From an uncultured bacterium (GTDB lineage: Bacteria; Hydrothermota; UBA3073; NMUJ01; CBEVQO01): 64,000 nucleotides of DNA. The first letter of the stretch is position 1. Each line of letters begins with the position of its first letter. Shown in pieces: positions 1-11,175 of the stretch. A model generated the notes under the pieces. That model was not told the DNA's origin and did not search any database. It saw nothing but the letters and a program-made list of their open reading frames with translations. Location: positions 224,001-288,000 of the forward strand of contig CBEVQO010000002.1 of the NCBI GenBank assembly GCA_965552055.1, given 5' to 3'. The position numbers and the translations under genes are program-made.

Positions 1-2
1 AT

Positions 3-2444
3 GGTGATACTACAAATTTTGACTGGATTGCAGAATCAAATCAAAGTTATGCATGCATGGGAGAGTGTATCTCCACCGGAGATTTTAACGGAGATGGATA
101 CGATGATATCGCTATCGGTGCATCGTATTACGATAATCCTCAAACGAGTGAAGGAGCCATATTCGTATGGTATGGCTCTGGAACAGGGATAAATAATGGA
201 ATATATGGCAATCCATCAAACTGCAATTGGAAAGCAGAATCCGACCAGAATTATGCCCATTTGTATCAATGTGCAACTGGAAATTTCAACGGAGATAATT
301 ATGACGAAATACTCACAGGGGCAATATATTTCAGCCGTGGAGAAAAAGATGAGGGAGCGGTTTTTATGTGGGAAGGTTCACCAACAGGTTTAAATAACGG
401 GGTAAATGGTGATACCACAAATTATAGCTGGATAGCTGAATCTAACGAAGCATATTCGGATTATAAGACATGGTTTGGATACTCTATTGCTTATGGAGAT
501 TTCAACAACGATGGATATACGGACATTGCAGTAGGAGCTCCATGGTATTCACATGGTGAATCTTATGAAGGCGCGGTTTTCGTATGGTATGGAACAGAAG
601 AAGGATTTGAAAATAGAGAAACCGGCAATCCACTTAATTGCGACTGGATGGCAGAATCAAATCAAAGTGAAGCTCGCATGGGATATGCTTTAACTGTAAA
701 TGATTTCAATGGCGATGGATACGATGATATTGCTGTATCTGCACCTCGATATTCAAGGGGCGAGAGTGATGAAGGAGTTGTATTTGTATGGTATGGTTCG
801 GCAATTGGATTAAACGAAGGAATAAATGGTGATACAACAAACTTTGACTGGATAGCAGAATCTAATCAGCCTGGAGGATGGTGGGCAATACCATATTTTG
901 GCTGTGAGTTAAGTTCCGGCGATTATAACGGAGATGGATATAGTGATATAGCAGTTGGTGCAAAATATTTCTCAAATGGAGAGACATACGAAGGAATAGC
1001 ATTTGTATGGTATGGCAGTAATAATGGCTTAAACAACGGAGTAAACGGTGATACGACAAATTATAACTGGAAAGCAGAGTTAAACCAGGCAGATGCATAT
1101 GTAGGGAATGCAATAGCATCGGGTGATTTCAACAACGATGGATACGACGATATAGCTATCGGTGCATATTGTTATGATAACGGTCAATCTGATGAAGGCA
1201 TGATTTTTATATGGTATGGAAATGAAAATGGGTTAAATAATGGCACAAATGGTGATGGGACAAATGCAAACTGGATGGCTGAAGCTAATTTAGATGATGC
1301 TTGCTTCGGTTATTCAATAGCTTCCGGTGATTTTAATGGCGATGGATATTATGACATCGCTATCAGTGCAGCTGAGTATTCAAATCCAGAATCCCAGGAA
1401 GGGGCAGTATTTGTGTGGTATAGTTCAGCAACAGGATTTGGATTGCAAGGTAATCCTTCAAATTGCGACTGGAAAGCAGAACCAGACCAGTCAGAAGCAT
1501 TTTATTATGCAAAAGTAACGACAGGTGACTTAAATGGAGATGGATACGACGACATAATAATAGGAGCATACGATTATGATAATGGTGAAGAAGACGAAGG
1601 AGGTATTTTTGTATGGTATGGCTCAGCATCAGGCTTAGGAGAAGATGGCAACCTATTTAACTATGACTGGCATGTTGAAAGCAATCAGGAAAACGCTTAT
1701 CTGGGATACAGTGTTTGTGCAGGAGATGTGAATGCAGATGGAGGTGCTGATATACTATCGGGCGCAGTTCAATACACAAACGATGATTATCTGGAAGGTG
1801 CAGTATTCCTGTGGCTAAGTGAAGTGCCTTTAATACCTGACATATGGATAAGTGATACTTCTCACAATTTTGGTGAGGAATTATGTGCAGGAGATACCAT
1901 ACTCTGGAGATTCTACATAAAAAACAAAGGAAATGGAGATTTAAGCATAGATAGTATTATCTCATCCAATCCGGTTTTCGGAGTATATGCACCCATTTTT
2001 AAACTCATCTTATCACCAGGTGACAGCGTGAGTGTCGCGGTCTATTGCGCAGCTCAGGATACAGGCTCATACGAAGGCACTCTGACAATCTACTCAAACG
2101 ACCCTTATAAGCCAGCAGTTGATATTAAACTTTATGCAAAAGTTATCGCAATTGCCGAAAAGTTACCCGAAAAATTCGAATTGAAAGTAAAGCCAAATCC
2201 CATTTTATACAGCGCAAAAATACATTATTCCGTGCCTGCTAAAACTCATGTTAAAATCAGCATTATCGACATAACAGGAAGATGCATAAACAAAATTGTT
2301 GATAAAGATGTGCAACCCGGCTATTATACAGAAACATGGAAATTAAAAGACAAAAACGGTAATAATATCTCTCCCGGAATCTACTTTGTGATAATGGAAA
2401 GCAGTGAATTCAGATTAATTCATAAAGCTATTATAATGAGATAA
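3..2444 (+). CDS. FG-GAP (integrin-alpha beta-propeller) repeat surface protein with Ig-like domain and T9SS/FlgD-like C-terminal domain; 5' end outside window
   Basis: Repeated GDFNGDGYDDIAIGA...EGAVFVWYG units about 70 aa apart; frame open from base 3; C-terminal PNP...DITGR...PGIYFV. Confidence 0.9.
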   Translation, partial: GDTTNFDWIAESNQSYACMGECISTGDFNGDGYDDIAIGASYYDNPQTSEGAIFVWYGSGTGINNGIYGNPSNCNWKAESDQNYAHLYQCATGNFNGDNYDEILTGAIYFSRGEKDEGAVFMWEGSPTGLNNGVNGDTTNYSWIAESNEAYSDYKTWFGYSIAYGDFNNDGYTDIAVGAPWYSHGESYEGAVFVWYGTEEGFENRETGNPLNCDWMAESNQSEARMGYALTVNDFNGDGYDDIAVSAPRYSRGESDEGVVFVWYGSAIGLNEGINGDTTNFDWIAESNQPGGWWAIPYFGCELSSGDYNGDGYSDIAVGAKYFSNGETYEGIAFVWYGSNNGLNNGVNGDTTNYNWKAELNQADAYVGNAIASGDFNNDGYDDIAIGAYCYDNGQSDEGMIFIWYGNENGLNNGTNGDGTNANWMAEANLDDACFGYSIASGDFNGDGYYDIAISAAEYSNPESQEGAVFVWYSSATGFGLQGNPSNCDWKAEPDQSEAFYYAKVTTGDLNGDGYDDIIIGAYDYDNGEEDEGGIFVWYGSASGLGEDGNLFNYDWHVESNQENAYLGYSVCAGDVNADGGADILSGAVQYTNDDYLEGAVFLWLSEVPLIPDIWISDTSHNFGEELCAGDTILWRFYIKNKGNGDLSIDSIISSNPVFGVYAPIFKLILSPGDSVSVAVYCAAQDTGSYEGTLTIYSNDPYKPAVDIKLYAKVIAIAEKLPEKFELKVKPNPILYSAKIHYSVPAKTHVKISIIDITGRCINKIVDKDVQPGYYTETWKLKDKNGNNISPGIYFVIMESSEFRLIHKAIIMR

Positions 2445-2543
2445 TAAAAATTAAAAGTGCTGAAAATATTAACCTTGTAGAAATGAGTCACGGAGAGCGA
2501 AGCCCTCCAAAAAATCTTTGGGTGGGATAAACAAATTAAAAAC

Positions 2544-2570
2544 TTGACATTCCTGTAAAAGATATATCAA
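2544..2570 (+). promoter_or_regulatory. Putative promoter TTGACA-N15-TATCAA for hutU
   Basis: Perfect -35, weak -10, SD GGAGG downstream. Confidence 0.5.
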
Positions 2571-2588
2571 TTAATGAAGGAGGGGATT

Positions 2589-4256
2589 ATGGCTATTGAA
2601 GTTAAAGAAAAGCCCATAATAAGGGCGCCAAGGGGGACGAATCTTTCGTGCAAAAACTGGCAGATTGAAGCAGCTATGCGAATGCTCATGAATAACCTTG
2701 ACCCTGATGTTGCTGAACTTCCGGAAGAATTAATTGTTTATGGTGGTGCAGGGAAAGCTGCACGCAACTGGGAATGCTTCTGGGCTATCGTAGATTCACT
2801 TAAAAAACTGGAACCAGATGAAACTTTGCTTATACAATCGGGTAAACCTGTTGGTATCTTCAAAACATTTGAGCATGCTCCCCGTGTGTTAATCGCAAAT
2901 TCTCTACTGGTTCCCGCATGGGCAAACTGGGATTATTTCAGAAAACTTGAAGCAATGGGATTGATAATGTATGGTCAGATGACAGCAGGTAGCTGGATTT
3001 ATATCGGTACACAGGGGATAATTCAGGGCACCTACGAAACTTTTGCTGCATGTGCAAGGAAGCATTTTGGTGGAAGTTTAAAAGGAAAATTTGTACTTAC
3101 TGCAGGGATGGGAGGAATGTCAGGAGCACAACCACTTGCAGTAACGATGAACGAAGGCGTAATACTGGATGTAGAAGTTGACCCAAAAAGAATTGAAAGA
3201 AGGGTAAAACAGGGCTTTTGCGATGTAATGGTTTATGACCTTGATGAAGCTCTTAAACTCGTTGACGAGGCACTTAAAAAGAAAGAGCCAAAATCAATCG
3301 GACTTGTGGGGAATGCTTCCGAAATACATCCAGAACTTGTGAAAAGAGGAATAATACCTGATGTCGTAACAGACCAGACATCAGCTCATGATGAATTAAA
3401 TGGATATGTCCCCGGAGGTATTTCACTTGAAGAAGCAATAGAATTGCGCCATAAAAATCCAAAAGAATATATTAAGAGGGCTTATGAATCTATGGCACGA
3501 CATATGGAAGCAATTCTTGAGATGCAAAAACAGGGTGCAGTTGCTTTTGATTATGGTAACAATTTGCGTGGTCAGGCATATAAAGCAGGTGTAAAAGATG
3601 CGTTTAAAGTACCGGGATTTGTTCTTGAATACATTAGACCCATGTTTTGTGAAGGAAGAGGTCCATTCCGCTGGGTTGCACTATCTGGCGAAAAAGAAGA
3701 TATTTATAAAACAGATGAAGAAGTTTTAAAATTATTCCCCGAAGATGAAACTTTAAGGCGCTGGATTAATCTTGCGCGCGAAAAGGTACCCTTCCAGGGG
3801 TTGCCTGCTCGTATTTGCTGGCTCGGATATGGCGAGCGCGCAGAGTTTGGATTGAGAATAAATCATCTTGTGAGAAAAGGAGAATTAAAAGCACCAATTG
3901 TAATAGGAAGAGACCACCTTGATACTGGTTCTGTTGCATCACCGAATAGAGAAACCGAAGGCATGAAAGATGGTAGTGATGCTATAGCTGACTGGCCAAT
4001 TTTGAATGCCCTCTTAAACACGGCATCAGGTGCAACATGGGTATCTGTGCATCATGGTGGAGGCGTTGGAATAGGATACTCCATCCATGCTGGTCAGGTA
4101 ATAGTTGCAGATGGCACAGATGAGATGGACAAAAGATTAGAAAGAGTTTTAACAAATGACCCGGGAATTGGAATAGCAAGACATGCAGATGCGGGATATG
4201 AAAAAGCGATCGAAGTAGCAAAAGAAAAAGGCATAAAAATACCGATGATGAAATAA
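2589..4256 (+). CDS. hutU: Urocanate hydratase
   Basis: [43 protein letters not shown] motifs; start placed at ATG after GGAGGGG. Confidence 0.97.
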   Translation: MAIEVKEKPIIRAPRGTNLSCKNWQIEAAMRMLMNNLDPDVAELPEELIVYGGAGKAARNWECFWAIVDSLKKLEPDETLLIQSGKPVGIFKTFEHAPRVLIANSLLVPAWANWDYFRKLEAMGLIMYGQMTAGSWIYIGTQGIIQGTYETFAACARKHFGGSLKGKFVLTAGMGGMSGAQPLAVTMNEGVILDVEVDPKRIERRVKQGFCDVMVYDLDEALKLVDEALKKKEPKSIGLVGNASEIHPELVKRGIIPDVVTDQTSAHDELNGYVPGGISLEEAIELRHKNPKEYIKRAYESMARHMEAILEMQKQGAVAFDYGNNLRGQAYKAGVKDAFKVPGFVLEYIRPMFCEGRGPFRWVALSGEKEDIYKTDEEVLKLFPEDETLRRWINLAREKVPFQGLPARICWLGYGERAEFGLRINHLVRKGELKAPIVIGRDHLDTGSVASPNRETEGMKDGSDAIADWPILNALLNTASGATWVSVHHGGGVGIGYSIHAGQVIVADGTDEMDKRLERVLTNDPGIGIARHADAGYEKAIEVAKEKGIKIPMMK

Positions 4257-4265
4257 GGAGGGAAA

Positions 4266-4538
4266 ATGAATTTAATCACATTCTTGCAGGTACTTGGACT
4301 TGTAGGTGTATTCGCATCGATTCTGGGAGCATGGCTCAGCTGGTCTGCAAAATATAACGGCAAACTAACAAGGGAATTGATAAAAGAAGAAAACAAGCAA
4401 ACAAGGGAATTGATAAAAGAGGAAAATAGGCAAACAAGAGAATTGATTGAAAGAGTCACAGAAAAAATAGCCGCTCTCATAGTAAGCGAAGGTGAAAAGA
4501 CAAGAGAATTGATAAAAAAGATGATGGAAAATGAATAA
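4266..4538 (+). CDS. Small membrane-anchored coiled-coil protein with 11-aa repeats
   Basis: SD AGGAGG; N-terminal hydrophobic helix; TRELIKEENKQ repeats. Confidence 0.75.
   Translation: MNLITFLQVLGLVGVFASILGAWLSWSAKYNGKLTRELIKEENKQTRELIKEENRQTRELIERVTEKIAALIVSEGEKTRELIKKMMENE
4368..4466 (+). repeat. 33-bp coding tandem repeat (ACAAGRGAATTGAT...) at 4368, 4401, 4434, with a further copy at 4500
   Basis: Seen directly. Confidence 0.85.
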
Positions 4539-4848
4539 AATCAGGAAAAAATTAAAAAAGTTAGGCAAGAAAGTTGGTCTTAAATATTTCAATAAAAATA
4601 TGGGGAAAGAAGCAATTTTAAGATACGAGAACTCCTTCTTCCTGAAACCTTATATCGCATTTAAAACACCCACAAAAGAAAACAAATCTATAATGTGCTT
4701 TGCTGATACATTAAGAAATATAATAGCTTCGGGGAAAATTTATCACACTCCAAAAGGCGATATCGGACCAGAAGAAGCTCTTATTGCATTCCTTAAATGG
4801 GAAATAGAAAGACTACCTCGACCGGGTGCCATAAAAAGAATAAAATAA
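4531..4848 (+). CDS. Hypothetical basic protein
   Basis: 105-aa ORF overlapping the upstream stop. Confidence 0.55.
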   Translation: MNKIRKKLKKLGKKVGLKYFNKNMGKEAILRYENSFFLKPYIAFKTPTKENKSIMCFADTLRNIIASGKIYHTPKGDIGPEEALIAFLKWEIERLPRPGAIKRIK

Positions 4849-4976
4849 TGCCGGTAAGAGTATTTATAAAAATCAAATTCAAAGATAAGGAGATTGACTC
4901 ACCCGCGCTGGTGAACACAGGCTACGAGACAGAATCTCCCGAATTAATGATACCAAAAACACTTGCTAAAAGGTAA
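4848..4976 (+). pseudogene. Truncated archaeal-type clan AA aspartic-protease-like fragment (42 aa)
   Basis: MPVRVFIKIKFKDKEIDSPALVNTGYETESPELMIPKTLAKR*; ALVNTG motif; TAATG coupling to upstream gene. Confidence 0.5.
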
Positions 4977-5024
4977 GAAGCAGTGTTAATCCGAAATATT
5001 GGACATAAAATTAAATTTTTTGAC

Positions 5025-5051
5025 TTGACTTTATTGTAAAAAGAGTATAAT
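5025..5051 (+). promoter_or_regulatory. Promoter TTGACT-N15-TATAAT
   Basis: Near-consensus hexamers upstream of SD AAGGAGG and GTG 5073. Confidence 0.75.
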
Positions 5052-5072
5052 TGTGGAAAATAAGGAGGGGGT

Positions 5073-7004
5073 GTGAAATACTCGAGTGATAAAATTAAAA
5101 CCGTAGGATTTTTTGGTCAACATGGGAGCGGTAAGACGCAGTTAGCTGAAGCTCTGCTTTATAAAGCAGGGGTAACGGATAGATTGGGCAGACCAGACCA
5201 GGGCACATCCATCCTCGACTTCGCTAAAGAAGAACAGGACAGAAAAGCTACACTGAACCTGAAAGTCGGTTATCTCGAACATGATGGTGTCCTCCTGAAC
5301 CTGATAGATACCCCTGGATTCATGGACTTCTGGGGCGATATAGCATCTGCAACTCGTGCAATAGAACTCGGAGTTATTGTTGTAGACGCTACAGCTGGTG
5401 TGGGTCCTGTAACAGAAAGAGCATACGAAGCACTTATAGAAAGAAAAATTCCAATTTTATTTTTCATAAACAAAATTAAATCAGAAAAAGCAAATTTACA
5501 AAATGTATTTGATGAACTTAAAAATACTTTCGACAAAGAAATTATTTATTTAACTTCGCCGGATGATGCAAAATGGATACTTGACTCTGATTCAGAATTT
5601 AAAGAAAAATTAATAGAAGCAATCGCTGAAACAGAAGACGAACTGACAGAAAAATATCTGGAAGGTGAAGAATTTACTACCGAAGAAATACAAAAAGGTT
5701 TACAAAATTTATTAAGACAGGGAAAAGTACTTCCTTTAATGTTTGGTGATGCACTCTCTGACTTCGGGATAGACGAATTTTTAAAAAGATTAATTGAATT
5801 AACTCCAAATGTTCAGAGCGATAGCGATAAAGTGGTAGCATTTTGCTTCAAATCAACGGCAGACCCCCATGTCGGACAGATAAGATTTGTAAAAGTATTA
5901 TCAGGGACTGTAAAACAGGGAGATACACTCTGGAATGCAAATGAGCAAGCAGATGAAAAAATAAACCAGATTTTTATGGTGTGCGGTAAAAATCGCCAAG
6001 AAGTACCAGAAATTGTAGCAGGACAAATCGGTGCACTCGTAAAATTAAAGGTAACAAAAACAAATCACACGATATGCTCAAAAGATGGTATAGAACCACT
6101 TGAACCCATAAAATTCCCAGAGCCCCAGGAGAAAACAGCAATTATACCGAAGACAAGAAAAGACGAAGAAAAAGTAATGGAAGGATTAACAAGATTACAG
6201 GAAGAAGACCCATCTTTCAAATTCTACTTCGATACAGAATCCCAGCAAACTATAATTGTTACAATGGGAGATATGCATCTCGATGTGATATTGTCTAAGT
6301 TGAAAGCAAGATTTGGAGTTGATATTACCACACAGCGTCCAAAAATTCACTACAGAGAAACATTTAAGCGCACTACTTCTGCTGAAGGCAAATATAAGCG
6401 TCAAACAGGTGGCAGGGGTCAATACGGACATACGATTATAAGATTTGAGCCATTACCAAGAGGAAGCGGATTTGAATTCACAGATACCATTAAAGGTGGA
6501 ATAATACCTGCACGCTTTATACCAGCTGTTGAAAAAGGCTTAAGGGAAGCTATGAAAAAGGGACCACTCGCAGGTTACCCCACAACCGATATAAAAGCAA
6601 CGCTTTATGATGGTTCATTCCACGAAGTTGACTCATCGGATATTGCATTCCAGATTGCAGCTGCTATGGCTTTCAGGAAGGCAGCAGAAACAGCAGACCC
6701 AACTTTGCTCGAACCCATCATGGAAGTTGAAGTAGTGGTACCAGAAGAAGTTATGGGCGATGTAATGGGCGACCTTAACAGTAGAAGGGGTAAAATTTTG
6801 AATACCGAAAGAATCGGAAGATATTGTAAGATAAAAGCACATGTGCCGGAAGCAGAGTTATACAAATATTCTGCGACATTAAATTCATTAACAGGAGGCA
6901 GGGGCACATATACTGCGAAATTCTCACACTACGATGAAGTACCCAAAGAAATCCAGAAAAAAATAATAGAAGAAAGACAAAGAGAAAAAGAAGAAAGTAA
7001 ATAG
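5073..7004 (+). CDS. fusA2: Elongation factor G paralogue (EF-G2-like)
   Basis: GQHGSGKT P-loop, DTPG, QTGGRGQYGH, DGSFHEVDSS, LLEPIM; degenerate G motifs and stand-alone location. Confidence 0.9.
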   Translation: MKYSSDKIKTVGFFGQHGSGKTQLAEALLYKAGVTDRLGRPDQGTSILDFAKEEQDRKATLNLKVGYLEHDGVLLNLIDTPGFMDFWGDIASATRAIELGVIVVDATAGVGPVTERAYEALIERKIPILFFINKIKSEKANLQNVFDELKNTFDKEIIYLTSPDDAKWILDSDSEFKEKLIEAIAETEDELTEKYLEGEEFTTEEIQKGLQNLLRQGKVLPLMFGDALSDFGIDEFLKRLIELTPNVQSDSDKVVAFCFKSTADPHVGQIRFVKVLSGTVKQGDTLWNANEQADEKINQIFMVCGKNRQEVPEIVAGQIGALVKLKVTKTNHTICSKDGIEPLEPIKFPEPQEKTAIIPKTRKDEEKVMEGLTRLQEEDPSFKFYFDTESQQTIIVTMGDMHLDVILSKLKARFGVDITTQRPKIHYRETFKRTTSAEGKYKRQTGGRGQYGHTIIRFEPLPRGSGFEFTDTIKGGIIPARFIPAVEKGLREAMKKGPLAGYPTTDIKATLYDGSFHEVDSSDIAFQIAAAMAFRKAAETADPTLLEPIMEVEVVVPEEVMGDVMGDLNSRRGKILNTERIGRYCKIKAHVPEAELYKYSATLNSLTGGRGTYTAKFSHYDEVPKEIQKKIIEERQREKEESK

Positions 7005-7012
7005 GGGGTAAA

Positions 7013-7696
7013 ATGAAGCGTTATCTTTTTATACCTTTGTTATTTGTAGCCAGGATCTACGCAATACAGGCTGATGTTAGCGTCTATTTCTCGCCCAAAG
7101 GCGGATGTGAACAGGCTATTATGCAGGCAATTAACGATGCAAAAAAGAACATACTCATAGCAATGTATCAGTTCTCGGATTACGATATTATAACAGCTGT
7201 TAAAGAAGCAAAGAAAAGAGGCGTTAATATTGAAATAATAGTTGATGGCGATGCTGTGCAAAATTTCAGAGAATTAATGGAAGAGTTAATATCAGCAGGT
7301 ATTCCCGTAAAATTCACATTCGGCAAAGGCATAATGCATAACAAATTCGCAGTAATTGACACTCAAATTGTAATAACAGGCTCTTATAACTGGACGAAAA
7401 ATGCAAGGGAAGATAATTTTGAAAACTTACTGGTTATAAAATCGCCGGAAATTGCTTTAATTTATGCAAAAGAATTTGCAAAGATAAAGCAAACAGCCGC
7501 TGATTTGCCAGCAGGAGCGGTTAGAGGGGGTGCAGAACCCGAATATAAATATGTGGCGAGCAAATATTCTAAAGTTTTTCATTATATATGGTGTCCTTTA
7601 GCACGCAAGATTGCTGAGAAAAACAGAATATACTTTAAAACAAGGGAAGAAGCGATAAAGAGCGGAAGAAGACCCTGCAGGAAGTGCAGACCCTGA
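7013..7696 (+). CDS. Secreted PLD-family (Nuc-like) nuclease with C-terminal Ada-type metal-binding domain
   Basis: Signal peptide; YFSP, HNKFAVID, TGSYNWT; C-terminal VFHYIWCP...EEAIKSGRRPCRKCRP. Confidence 0.85.
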   Translation: MKRYLFIPLLFVARIYAIQADVSVYFSPKGGCEQAIMQAINDAKKNILIAMYQFSDYDIITAVKEAKKRGVNIEIIVDGDAVQNFRELMEELISAGIPVKFTFGKGIMHNKFAVIDTQIVITGSYNWTKNAREDNFENLLVIKSPEIALIYAKEFAKIKQTAADLPAGAVRGGAEPEYKYVASKYSKVFHYIWCPLARKIAEKNRIYFKTREEAIKSGRRPCRKCRP

Positions 7697-8436
7697 TGGA
7701 AATATACTTTTTGGGAACAGGTACAATCACACCCAATCCCCGCAGAGCACCCCCGGGAATCATACTGAAACTTGACAATTACTGCTTGCTTTTTGACTCA
7801 GGACCAGGAACCGTCCATAGAATGAAAAAAGCGGGTTTCTCGTTCAACGACATCGATATTTTACTTTACACACATTTCCATATAGACCACATAGGTGACC
7901 TTCCTTCTTTTATCTTCTGCACAAAATATCACCTCGCACCCAGGGAAAAACCTTTAAAAATAATAGGTCCAAAAGGTATAAAAGAATTTTATTTCAAACT
8001 TTTAGAGGCTTATGGTGAGCAACTCGAAGTAAAGTATAAACTAACATTCAAAGAAATGGCAAGGGGACGCTTCATAACTCCTGATTTTTCTATTTTCTCG
8101 GAACCCGTTGAACATACGAGAGAAAGCATAGCATATAAAGTCATAAAAGATAACAAAACTTTTGTATATTCAGGAGATACGGATTATTGCAAAGGTCTCA
8201 TTCGCCTTGCAAAAAATGCAGATATCCTGATACTTGAATGCTCTTTGCCACGCAAAATGAAAGGACATCTTGATCCGGAACATTGCGGTAAAATCGCAGC
8301 AGAAACAAATTGTAAAAAGTTAGTTTTGACTCATTTTTATCCAGAGACAAACCCCGATGAAGCCATTGAAATTTGCAGAAAATATTACTCGGGAGAAATT
8401 ATAGCAGCAGAAGATGGAATATGTATTACAGTCTGA
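7696..8436 (+). CDS. MBL-fold metallohydrolase (RNase Z/AtsA-like)
   Basis: FLGTG, THFHIDH, YSGDT, LVLTHFYP. Confidence 0.85.
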   Translation: MEIYFLGTGTITPNPRRAPPGIILKLDNYCLLFDSGPGTVHRMKKAGFSFNDIDILLYTHFHIDHIGDLPSFIFCTKYHLAPREKPLKIIGPKGIKEFYFKLLEAYGEQLEVKYKLTFKEMARGRFITPDFSIFSEPVEHTRESIAYKVIKDNKTFVYSGDTDYCKGLIRLAKNADILILECSLPRKMKGHLDPEHCGKIAAETNCKKLVLTHFYPETNPDEAIEICRKYYSGEIIAAEDGICITV

Positions 8437-9241
8437 AACAATAAAATGGCTAAAATTACATCTGACAGAAGGAATTGGATTAAACACTTTTTTAAAATTG
8501 CTTTCACAATTTCACGATATAGATAACATATTGAAAAATTTAAAAAATCTTCCAAAAGATGAAGAGATAGAAAAATTAACTTTTGAATTAGCGAGAAACC
8601 AAGTTAAAATTTTAAAACTTACAGATGTGGATTATCCTGAAAAATTAAAAGAATTGTTAAAACCACCGCCCATTCTATATCTTAAAGGTAATTTTGAAAT
8701 TCTAAAAAGTGACAGAATGATAAGCATCATTGGTGCAAGATTGTGTTCTTCTTTTGCTTTTGATATAGCTTTTGATATTGCACATAAATTGTCAAAAATG
8801 GGCTATTGCATAGTAAGCGGATATGCACAGGGTATAGACACCGCTGCTCATTGTGGTGCACTCTCTGCAAACGGCAAAACGATAATGGTTATTCCTTTCG
8901 GCATATTAAATTTCAGATTGCATCCTGAAATCAAAAAATATAATGAAAAAATAAAAGAAAATACTCTCATAATATCGGAGTGCAGACCTTATGAAACATG
9001 GCATCGGGGCTTTGCATTACGCCGCAACAGAATAACAGCAGCTTTGGGCAACGCATTAATAATTGTGGATTCAGGACACAAAGGAGGAGTGATAAAAACA
9101 GCAGAATTCGCCAGAGCATTAAATAAAAAAATCTTCTTATTTGAAGGTTGTAAAAGAGAAAATGACAAAATATTAAAGCAAATGGGGGCAAAACTTTTCA
9201 AAAATATCTCCGAAATTCTATGCGAGTTCGCCGTTCATTAA
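8414..9241 (+). CDS. dprA: DNA-processing protein DprA
   Basis: YPEKLKEL..PPPILYLKG, IVSGYAQGIDTAAH, RRNRITAAL. Confidence 0.9.
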   Translation: MEYVLQSETIKWLKLHLTEGIGLNTFLKLLSQFHDIDNILKNLKNLPKDEEIEKLTFELARNQVKILKLTDVDYPEKLKELLKPPPILYLKGNFEILKSDRMISIIGARLCSSFAFDIAFDIAHKLSKMGYCIVSGYAQGIDTAAHCGALSANGKTIMVIPFGILNFRLHPEIKKYNEKIKENTLIISECRPYETWHRGFALRRNRITAALGNALIIVDSGHKGGVIKTAEFARALNKKIFLFEGCKRENDKILKQMGAKLFKNISEILCEFAVH

Positions 9242-10473
9242 TTTCAATCTTATTCTTATGCTTTTGCATTCGTTTTTTACTTTTGATAAAAAGTCCGACT
9301 CATGATGCCACTGCACCGCACGAATTATACGAGGAAATTGAATTATTAAGAGATCCTCTAAAAACCATCTCTGACTCGCAAGAATATAAAGCACTCGCAA
9401 AAAACTTACTAAAAGGCAAATACACATGGAAAGAAAAACCTGTCTCATTTAGACCACCGGGTTATCCTTTGTTTTTATCTTTTTGCTTGTTAGTAACCCG
9501 TAATGAATTTTTCCCTTTATTCATCCAAATAATTTTAAGTGTTATCAGTGCTTTTTTAATTTTCATTTTAGGTAAAGAAGTAAACGAAAAAGCAGGTCTT
9601 TTTGCTTCTCTCTTATTTTCAATTGACATGGTTTCTATTTATTATTCTACAAATTTTATGTCAGAAACTTTATTTTTATTCTTGCTTTTGCTTTCTGTAA
9701 TTTATTTTAAAAGAAACAATTTGTATCTTTCTGGCTTATTACTTGGCTTTTGTGCTCTTACCCGTGCTATTGCTCTTTATTCTTTTATCGTATTTTTACC
9801 GTTTATTAAAAACTGGAAAAAGGTTTTAAAATTTTTGTCCTTTTTCTTTATTCCAATACTTCCATGGCTTATCAGGAATTATCTCACATTTGGAGTGCCC
9901 TGTTTTACAAGTGTTCAGGGATACAATTTGCTGTATCACAATGCTGTTATCACTGAAAATTCATCCCGTAATCGCTCAGAAATTGTGCTAAAATTTAAGG
10001 AAGAATTACTAAAAGAAGACACCACTTCTAATCCTTTAAAATTATCTTTAACTGCCCAGAAAATTGCTTTGAAAAAAATTTTAAGAAAGCCCTTCAGATA
10101 TATTTCTTTGGGCTTATTTCAGGGTTTATTAAATGTGTTTCGGACTCACGGAGAAGAAGTTGCTTTAAGACTCTGCGGTTATGAAACTTACAGTTTGCCA
10201 CTTTTGGAAATTAAAAAATTGAACTTAAAACGCACTACAAAAATTTTTGCTTATTCTTTTGTTTGCATCGAAACTTTAATAAATTTGTTTGCTCTCATTT
10301 GTTTCATTTTGGGCATCATAAAACTTGGAAGAAAAGTTAATTTTTTATACCTTGGGATTGTACTTTATTTCTTTTTATTATCTTTACCTGTTACCAGTGG
10401 GAGATTTAAACTTCCTTTTATGCCTTTTATTTACTTAATCGCCGGGAGTTATCTTTTTGGTCGTGATAATTAA
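9220..10473 (+). CDS. GT-C fold membrane glycosyltransferase (GT39/ArnT/PMT-like)
   Basis: [27 protein letters not shown]; multiple TM helices. Confidence 0.8.
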   Translation: MRVRRSLISILFLCFCIRFLLLIKSPTHDATAPHELYEEIELLRDPLKTISDSQEYKALAKNLLKGKYTWKEKPVSFRPPGYPLFLSFCLLVTRNEFFPLFIQIILSVISAFLIFILGKEVNEKAGLFASLLFSIDMVSIYYSTNFMSETLFLFLLLLSVIYFKRNNLYLSGLLLGFCALTRAIALYSFIVFLPFIKNWKKVLKFLSFFFIPILPWLIRNYLTFGVPCFTSVQGYNLLYHNAVITENSSRNRSEIVLKFKEELLKEDTTSNPLKLSLTAQKIALKKILRKPFRYISLGLFQGLLNVFRTHGEEVALRLCGYETYSLPLLEIKKLNLKRTTKIFAYSFVCIETLINLFALICFILGIIKLGRKVNFLYLGIVLYFFLLSLPVTSGRFKLPFMPFIYLIAGSYLFGRDN

Positions 10474-10844
10474 CCTTTTTTAGAAACGCCTATTCTTTTT
10501 CCTCTTGGTCCTTTTCTTGTGCGTGCATTCGTGCGAGTACGCTGACCCCTCACAGGAAGCCCTTTCTCATGCCTTATTCCTCTATAGCATTTTATCCTTA
10601 TCAGACGCTTTATATTTTCAGCAACTTCCATTCGCAGAGCACCTTCCACTTTGTATTCGTTCTCAACTATTCTTTTTATCGCATCAATTTCATGGTCAGT
10701 AAGCTCGTGAGTTCGCTTCTCAGGGTCAACCCCTGCTTTCTTCAATATCTTCATCGCGGTTGTATTTCCTATTCCGTAAATGTAAGTTAATGCTACTTTT
10801 ATTTTTTTATTATCGGGTATATTTACACCTGCTATTCTTGCCAT
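10470..10844 (-). CDS. rpsM: 30S ribosomal protein S13
   Basis: [27 protein letters not shown]. Confidence 0.98.
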   Translation of the reverse strand: MARIAGVNIPDNKKIKVALTYIYGIGNTTAMKILKKAGVDPEKRTHELTDHEIDAIKRIVENEYKVEGALRMEVAENIKRLIRIKCYRGIRHEKGLPVRGQRTRTNARTRKGPRGKRIGVSKKG

Positions 10845-10957
10845 TACCCCTGCCTTTGTTTATGTTTCGGATTCTTACAAATTACATACAATTTACCCCG
10901 TCTCTTCACTATCTTACAACTTGCGCATAATTTTTTTATAGAAGACCTTACCTTCAT
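10844..10957 (-). CDS. rpmJ: 50S ribosomal protein L36 (below ORF-track cutoff)
   Basis: Hand translation [37 protein letters not shown]. Confidence 0.97.
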   Translation of the reverse strand: MKVRSSIKKLCASCKIVKRRGKLYVICKNPKHKQRQG

Positions 10958-11175
10958 AGCCTCCTCACCAACCTACCTCTTGTCAAATCATAAGGCGATA
11001 ATTCAACAACAACTCTATCACCCGGCAAAATTCTTATAAATTTCATACGAAGCTTACCAGCTACATAAGCGAGCACTGTTTGACCTGTATCCAGCTTAAC
11101 TCTGAACATCGGTCCTTTCAGCACTTCCACAACTTCTCCTTCTACAGTTATTGCCTTTTTCTTTTTATCACTCAT
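10954..11175 (-). CDS. infA: Translation initiation factor IF-1
   Basis: [22 protein letters not shown]. Confidence 0.97.
   Translation of the reverse strand: MSDKKKKAITVEGEVVEVLKGPMFRVKLDTGQTVLAYVAGKLRMKFIRILPGDRVVVELSPYDLTRGRLVRRL

Noticed and set aside
3..1800. FG-GAP DNA repeats as a diversity-generating retroelement
   Set aside because: Repeats are in-frame domain duplications; no reverse transcriptase and no adenine-specific TR/VR pair seen.
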